Assembly (NCBI GenBank): GCA_037439545.1
Contig: JBBIVV010000001.1
Span: forward strand, 190,945-204,149
Source: a bacterium
Lineage (GTDB): Bacteria > JAMCPX01
Reading direction: 5' to 3'
Length of the DNA: 13,205 nucleotides
Each line of letters starts with the position of its first letter. Within the stretch, counting starts at the first letter, position 1. Shown here in pieces: positions 8,610-13,205 of the stretch. The position numbers and the translations under genes are program-made. Below the pieces are notes generated by a model. It did no database searches, had not been told where the DNA came from, and worked only from the letters and a program-made list of their open reading frames with translations.

Positions 8610-9230
8610 ATGGCCACAGAGAAAAAGAAGAAAGGCGTTGTAAGGGAGTATGCGGAGGCGTTCGGAACGGCGATTATACTTGCCCTGATCATAAGGGCAT
8701 TTGTCATTCAGGCGTTCAAGATCCCGTCGGGTTCCATGGAACCGACCTTGCTGATAGGGGACCATATACTGGTAAATAAATTTATTTACGGCACGCACAT
8801 ACCGTTTACGAATGATGTCGTAATGCCGGTAAGAGCGCCCAAAAGAGATGATGTCATAGTTTTTGAGTATCCTAAGGATGAAAGTATAGATTTTATAAAG
8901 AGGGTCATAGGCTTGCCGGGCGATAAGTTACAGGTCATAAACAAGCAGGTATATATAAACGGCAAGGCACTGGATGAGCCGTATGCATACCACGGTGATC
9001 CCGAGATTATACCGGGCAATGAGTCGCCGAGGGATAATTTCGGTCCCATTGTTGTTCCCAAAGGTGAATACTTTATGATGGGTGATAACAGGGATTTTTC
9101 CAATGATTCGAGGTTCTGGGGGTTCGTTAAGAAGGACCTGATCCTCGGTCAGGCCGAGATCATATACTTCTCATGGAATCCAAAGACATTGAAGATTAAA
9201 TTCAACAGGTTCGGGGAGATTGTTCATTAG
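8610..9230 (+). CDS. lepB: Signal peptidase I
   Basis: Single N-terminal TM helix, IPSGSMEPTL (catalytic Ser), FIKRVIGLPGD (catalytic Lys) and GDNRDFSNDSRFWG. AAGGGAG RBS at 8598-8604. Confidence 0.96.
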   Translation: MATEKKKKGVVREYAEAFGTAIILALIIRAFVIQAFKIPSGSMEPTLLIGDHILVNKFIYGTHIPFTNDVVMPVRAPKRDDVIVFEYPKDESIDFIKRVIGLPGDKLQVINKQVYINGKALDEPYAYHGDPEIIPGNESPRDNFGPIVVPKGEYFMMGDNRDFSNDSRFWGFVKKDLILGQAEIIYFSWNPKTLKIKFNRFGEIVH

Positions 9231-9240
9231 ATTCTCCGGA

Positions 9241-9340
9241 AAATCCCCCGACCCAAGGGGAACTTGGGTACCCCGCCCCCTTTGTCAAAGGGGGAAACCA
9301 CCGATATCCCCTCTTTGAAAAAGAGGGCAGGGGAGATTTT
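9241..9340 (+). repeat. CCCCCTTT-n3-AAAGGGGG element, copy 2 (compound, three hairpins)
   Basis: The aaatccccc...gggagattt ends enclose acccaag/cttgggt (9251-9269), cccccttt-gtc-aaaggggg (9276-9294) and ccctcttt-gaa-aaagaggg (9309-9327). Confidence 0.82.
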
Positions 9341-9401
9341 GGGGTCGAGGCTGAAAGGCTCCTAAGATCGTGATCCTCGTCACTGCAGGTTCTTTTTTTA
9401 C

Positions 9402-9430
9402 TTGACTGTGAGTTTCTTCAATGATAAGAA
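9402..9430 (+). promoter_or_regulatory. Putative sigma70 promoter
   Basis: TTGACT 9402-9407, a 17-nt spacer, then TG-n-TAAGAA (9422-9430). AAGGAGG RBS downstream. The -10 match is weak. Confidence 0.4.
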
Positions 9431-9454
9431 ATAAAAAAAATTAAGGAGGAAGGT

Positions 9455-10762
9455 ATGAGAAAGGACATTCTTAAGCTTCTCGGAATTTCAATGGTCGCGG
9501 TTCTTGTTTCAGTAATCAGTTACAGTTGCGGTAGCAGCAGCAGCGGCGGCGGTGGATCATCAAAACCCACGGTTTCAGTAACATTGACACCGACATCGGG
9601 CACAATCGGCGCAGTAAATCTCAATTCAATGCTTTATGAGGATATTTCTGCCAGTATTGGAAGTGCAGCAGGCACGGTGGATCCTTCTACGATTACCGTA
9701 AGCATATCACCCACTCTCACATTTACCACTGCAAATGGGTTTAACGCCGGTTCATTTGCCAATTATGTGGATATCGTCCCGACCGGATTTTTGCCAAAAG
9801 GTCAGACATACAGCGTTACAACGAGCTTTACTGCCAAGATAAACAATACGAATTATCCGATAACCGCTTATAACACATTTACGACTGTTTCCAGTGCAGG
9901 TACAGCTACTGCTCTCCCGGGATGGAGTTACATAGTTACCGTTAACAATGTATTGCAGCCATCAGGACTCGGTTCTGTATTATCGGGCAACATACCGACA
10001 CTTGCCATAAGCATTATTACCGGTACGGTTTCATCAAACCCGACTGCATCGAAGGCTGACGGCAGTATGATACTTTTTGGCGGTAAAGCAGCAGGAGCTG
10101 CACCGGCAGACATCACGACGGATTTTGCTCTTCCATTCGCAGCAACCTATACCGGTGATGAGTTCATGTCATTCGGGAGTGCATCATTGAGTGTGTCCGG
10201 CATATCGGTTCCTCTTCAAAACTTCAATTTAAGCGGGACAGCAAATGCCGACGGCACGATTTCAAATGGCGTGCTCTATGGAGTAGTTCACTGCACGGAT
10301 GCATCATGTTCAAACCTTGGAACAACCGTAGGCAGTATCGTGTCACAGTATATCGATGCCAATGGCAACATGATAGTTCTCGGGACGTTCACCGGTGCGA
10401 AGAATGCATTTGTACCCGTAGCATGGATCGGGGGCAGCGACACAGCAAACTCCAATCTTATAAATGGTGGAGGTGCAATTACAACTGCAACAATCGATGT
10501 TACAACAACGACGTCACCACTTCTTAGCACCGCAACATTCCCGTTTGTCATCCTTACGACAACAGATGCAAACAATATGCTGAGCATGGTTGCTACTGGA
10601 CAGGGCGGTTCATACGCAAAAACTTCACCTGTGACAATCAACTATCCGTTGGTTGAACCAGGGCTTGCTCTAACACCATTTACAACGACAACGGGCGTGG
10701 CGTATACGGCACAATTCATGTTCGGATTGACCGACTCCAAGACAGTTACCTTTACACCGTAA
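9455..10762 (+). CDS. Putative lipoprotein, Ser/Thr/Gly-rich, with an N-terminal Big_5/SbsA-like Ig domain
   Basis: MRK, a hydrophobic stretch, SYS-C and a GSSSSGGGG tether. PTVSVTLTP...VDPSTIT...IVPTGFLPKGQTYSVT resembles bacterial Ig-like domains. Strong RBS. Confidence 0.72.
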   Translation: MRKDILKLLGISMVAVLVSVISYSCGSSSSGGGGSSKPTVSVTLTPTSGTIGAVNLNSMLYEDISASIGSAAGTVDPSTITVSISPTLTFTTANGFNAGSFANYVDIVPTGFLPKGQTYSVTTSFTAKINNTNYPITAYNTFTTVSSAGTATALPGWSYIVTVNNVLQPSGLGSVLSGNIPTLAISIITGTVSSNPTASKADGSMILFGGKAAGAAPADITTDFALPFAATYTGDEFMSFGSASLSVSGISVPLQNFNLSGTANADGTISNGVLYGVVHCTDASCSNLGTTVGSIVSQYIDANGNMIVLGTFTGAKNAFVPVAWIGGSDTANSNLINGGGAITTATIDVTTTTSPLLSTATFPFVILTTTDANNMLSMVATGQGGSYAKTSPVTINYPLVEPGLALTPFTTTTGVAYTAQFMFGLTDSKTVTFTP

Positions 10763-10771
10763 GATAGAGAT

Positions 10772-10820
10772 AAAATACCCCTATTTTCCTCTTATAATAA
10801 AGGGGGAGTAAGGGAGATTT
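10772..10820 (+). repeat. CCCCCTTT-n3-AAAGGGGG element, copy 3 (degenerate)
   Basis: aaaatacccctattttcctcttataataaagggggagtaagggagattt. Confidence 0.68.
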
Positions 10821-10827
10821 AAATATT

Positions 10828-10858
10828 AAGAGGCAGACGAACGTCTGCCTCTTTTTTT
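10828..10858 (+). terminator. Rho-independent terminator
   Basis: aagaggcagacg-aa-cgtctgcctctt followed by a T-run. Confidence 0.85.
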
Positions 10859-10861
10859 CGT

Positions 10862-10892
10862 TTGACTATCCATTTTCTGAATGGTATACAAT
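10862..10892 (+). promoter_or_regulatory. Putative sigma70 promoter
   Basis: TTGACT 10862-10867, a 17-nt spacer, then TG-n-TATACA (10882-10890), with an overlapping TACAAT at 10887-10892. AGGAGG RBS before ATG 10919. Confidence 0.55.
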
Positions 10893-10918
10893 AATCATCT
10901 AAGCGAGCAGGAGGATGT

Positions 10919-12577
10919 ATGAAGCCAAACACAAAGACGCTTTTCACATGGTGGGGGATTTCGATGGTCATGGTCAGTCTTGCATTGGCCGGCTGCGGTC
11001 CCAACACAAAAACGAATGGACCTGATCTTGCAGCGTTAACCCAACAAGGGAGCAATGCCCTCGGTGCCAATGACCCTGCATCGGCAAAAGCTGCATTCCA
11101 GAAGATAGTAAATGCCGATCCGAACAACTGTAACGGTCAGTGGGGAATGGTGCTTGCAGATCTTCAGGATGCATCGGGCAATGGAATACAAATAATAATA
11201 AACAGTATTATGCCTGCTGTCGAGAACAATAATCTTGCGGGCATATTTACGGGTGTTACCGGTGATCTCAGCGACATACCTTCGAGAACGGCAACGATAG
11301 AGTCAAGAGGCTGCGAATTTACACTGCCAAGCCTGCCGGTCAACATTAACCCAGATCTTTCTTCTCTATCCATCGTATTTAATACGTTGAATATAGCCAC
11401 GCCGATAATAAATATTTCTTTTGCCTTTGGCACGCAATGGGGTCCTGCAGAAGCAAGGGTAATAGGTTCAATGGCAAATTCTTTACTGGCCGCCATAAAT
11501 ATGCTTTCAGCCCACCAGCTTGCTCCTCTCTCTGCATTGACAGGCGTTATTGGCCAATTAGGATCCTTAAACCTGTCTTCGGCTGCACAAGATCCTATAG
11601 GATTAATCCGTTCACTCGGTCCTATTTTGAATTCACTTCCTACGCTTCTTACATTCTCTGATCCGACCATGAGCCCTGCCGATATTAAGGCAGCGGGCAA
11701 AGAGATTAATGCGTCTATGAGCGAAATGAGCGGTATTAATGATAGTCTGCAGCTCGATAAAGGCAACACAGCAAAAGTCATTTCTTATAATGATGTAAAT
11801 GGAGACAATGTCGTAGACGGCGGAGACACATTCACCGTGGGAGCTTTATACTACACGAACTCGACATGGGTAAATATGATTCACTATATTACAGGCAGCG
11901 AATCGATAACCGTTCCTGCTCGAATCTCCAGCAATGCGGTCCCTGCTGCAAAGGCATTGCTCACCGTGTTCATCGGCAATCTGACAAGCGGAACGCCTGA
12001 CTTCAAACCTACGGATGTAAACGATCTCATGAAAGCTGTCGGCCTCACGGCATATACATTTACATCAGATGTAATCAGTCTGAATCCGTCAGCTTTGTTT
12101 GCAAATCCTGTGCCTTTAAGAAACTTCTTCCCGTCATTGTCAACAGCTTCTCAGGTGCAGATAGAGGCAGAGGCTGCGGCTTCGTTCATAACATCTGCAA
12201 CACCATGGTACTATAAGGGGACGGATTCTACTCATTTTACGGATGGTACTCATTCCATAGTTGCAGACGGCATCTCAGTGCCTGCCTCGGCAGCGGATCT
12301 GTTTGATGGCAGTCTGCTTGGTATGTCTTTGCATATACCGCCCATGATTCCGTACATCTCATTCAATGACCCGACCTTCGGCGGAGTGCTCTCGATCGAC
12401 CTAAGTCAGATGCTTAAGTTCTGTGAGCCGGCAGGCACGTGTCCTGCAGTAATTCCTGCAGGATTTAATGCTGCAACAAACTACAGCCTTGATAAGATCA
12501 TTGCAGGCGGCATCTATGGGATATTTACAGATTCTACGACACGCAGCCACTATACGAGTGAGAACCCTGACTGGTAA
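10919..12577 (+). CDS. Putative lipoprotein of unknown function with an N-terminal TPR-like motif and a DxNxD Ca-binding-like loop
   Basis: Canonical lipobox LAGC. QQGSNALGANDPASAKAAFQKIVNADPNN is TPR-like. Contains DVNGDNVVDGGD. Confidence 0.75.
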   Translation: MKPNTKTLFTWWGISMVMVSLALAGCGPNTKTNGPDLAALTQQGSNALGANDPASAKAAFQKIVNADPNNCNGQWGMVLADLQDASGNGIQIIINSIMPAVENNNLAGIFTGVTGDLSDIPSRTATIESRGCEFTLPSLPVNINPDLSSLSIVFNTLNIATPIINISFAFGTQWGPAEARVIGSMANSLLAAINMLSAHQLAPLSALTGVIGQLGSLNLSSAAQDPIGLIRSLGPILNSLPTLLTFSDPTMSPADIKAAGKEINASMSEMSGINDSLQLDKGNTAKVISYNDVNGDNVVDGGDTFTVGALYYTNSTWVNMIHYITGSESITVPARISSNAVPAAKALLTVFIGNLTSGTPDFKPTDVNDLMKAVGLTAYTFTSDVISLNPSALFANPVPLRNFFPSLSTASQVQIEAEAAASFITSATPWYYKGTDSTHFTDGTHSIVADGISVPASAADLFDGSLLGMSLHIPPMIPYISFNDPTFGGVLSIDLSQMLKFCEPAGTCPAVIPAGFNAATNYSLDKIIAGGIYGIFTDSTTRSHYTSENPDW

Positions 12578-12590
12578 AGTATAAATCTTC

Positions 12591-12637
12591 AAATCCCCCT
12601 TCCTCCCCCTTTATGAAAGGGGGAAAGAGGGGGATTT
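12591..12637 (+). repeat. CCCCCTTT-n3-AAAGGGGG element, copy 4 (most perfect copy)
   Basis: aaatccccct-tcc-tcccccttt-atg-aaaggggga-aag-agggggattt. Confidence 0.85.
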
Positions 12638-12641
12638 TTTC

Positions 12642-12675
12642 GTAGGGGCTCCGATTTCATCGGAGCCTTTTTTTT
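12642..12675 (+). terminator. Rho-independent terminator whose stem is preceded by GTAG (REP-like)
   Basis: GTAG-G-ggctccgat-ttc-atcggagcc followed by 8 T. Confidence 0.85.
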
Positions 12676-12685
12676 GTGTTTTATC

Positions 12686-12713
12686 TTGACATAAATTTAG
12701 TAATATATAATAT
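12686..12713 (+). promoter_or_regulatory. Putative sigma70 promoter
   Basis: Perfect TTGACA at 12686-12691. TAATAT at 12708-12713 (16-nt spacer) and TATAAT at 12706-12711 (14-nt spacer). Confidence 0.55.
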
Positions 12714-12739
12714 TTAACTGTTTAAAGGTGATTCAGAAC

Positions 12740-13123
12740 ATGAAAGAAGCTATAAGATATTTAAATAATGCAAAAGAGATATTAAAATCAGTTCCTATAG
12801 AAGATGACACGTATACAGATGTTAAGCCGGTGAGAGAGGCCATGGGTACTGCTTATCTTGCTATATTGGAAGCGATAAATGAGTATCTTATTTTAAAAAA
12901 AGGTTTTACGAAAAAAGAGCTTCCAAAATCAGTAGATGAATATAGACTGATGTTAAAAAAATATATGTCCCATAACGGATATAATGGGAAATTTTTAAGG
13001 GAATTTGAAAAACTATACGACGCTTTGCATATAGCCGGGTATTATAGAGGGCTTATTTACGATACCAATGCCGTTAAGGATTATTTAAAGGCAGCGAGGG
13101 TTTTTATAGAAAAGATTGGTTGA
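12740..13123 (+). CDS. DUF5618-like protein (helical, HEPN/PaREP1-like)
   Basis: EAIRYLNNAKEIL...YTDVKPVREAMGTAYLAILEAI...YDALHIAGYYRG. ATG 12740 is preferred over GTG 12728 because AAGGTG (12725-12730) is well spaced as an RBS. AT-rich. Confidence 0.7.
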   Translation: MKEAIRYLNNAKEILKSVPIEDDTYTDVKPVREAMGTAYLAILEAINEYLILKKGFTKKELPKSVDEYRLMLKKYMSHNGYNGKFLREFEKLYDALHIAGYYRGLIYDTNAVKDYLKAARVFIEKIG

Positions 13124-13196
13124 GAGCCGCTAGCTCAGTCGGTAGAGCATTTGCCTTTTAAGCAAAGGGTCGCCGGTTCGATCCCGGCGCGGCTCA
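13124..13196 (+). tRNA. tRNA-Lys (anticodon TTT), no encoded CCA
   Basis: Cloverleaf: acceptor GAGCCGC/GCGGCTC plus discriminator A, D-arm GCTC/GAGC, anticodon arm TTTGC-CTTTTAA-GCAAA (TTT at 13157-13159), T-arm GCCGG-TTCGATC-CCGGC. Confidence 0.97.
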
Positions 13197-13205
13197 ATTT
13201 TGATA

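Noticed and set aside
9341..9400. Possible riboswitch upstream of the 9455 lipoprotein (cgagg/cctcg pairing, T-run)
   Set aside because: No aptamer consensus recognised, and it lies upstream of the predicted promoter. An Rfam scan would settle it.
9530..9560. agc/ggc trinucleotide run as a phase-variation tract
   Set aside because: In-frame triplets encoding an ordinary Ser/Gly lipoprotein tether.
739..12592. Many minus-strand and alternate-frame ORFs (e.g. 947-1417, 4452-4859, 11164-11781)
   Set aside because: They lie largely within or across well-supported genes and have no recognisable motifs; shadow ORFs.
13124..13205. tRNA as an att site of an integrated element; missing CCA as a sign of a pseudogene
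   Set aside because: No duplicate tRNA fragment or integrase is seen and the window ends 9 nt later. Many bacteria add CCA enzymatically, and the cloverleaf is intact.

Overview
Bacterial chromosomal window with all genes on the + strand. It is probably from a diderm Deltaproteobacteria/Myxococcota-like organism, inferred from a beta-barrel OMP, lipoproteins and a CFI-box-CTERM domain. A housekeeping backbone (leuD 5'-truncated, leuB, asd, truA, lepA, lepB) is interrupted by accessory genes. A YVTN-propeller/FN3/CFI-box-CTERM surface protein and an MXAN_2562-like outer-membrane barrel lie between asd and truA, and a four-helix-bundle (IVS/Avd-like) gene lies between lepA and lepB. Two uncharacterised lipoproteins, a DUF5618-like gene and a tRNA-Lys(TTT) follow; the tRNA starts at the first base after that gene's stop codon. 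The most unusual signal is non-coding. Nearly every gene junction carries a member of one of four small repeat families: 7-nt-periodic arrays forming inverted pairs (around the four-helix-bundle gene, and a second pair about 3.9 kb apart), CCCCCTTT-n3-AAAGGGGG palindromes (4 copies), GTAG-type REPs and a GTCATTCTGA/GAAGAATCT palindrome. Two of these palindromes appear to be translated inside the signal-peptide n-regions of two adjacent secreted proteins. Family assignments come from motif recognition only; no searches were run.
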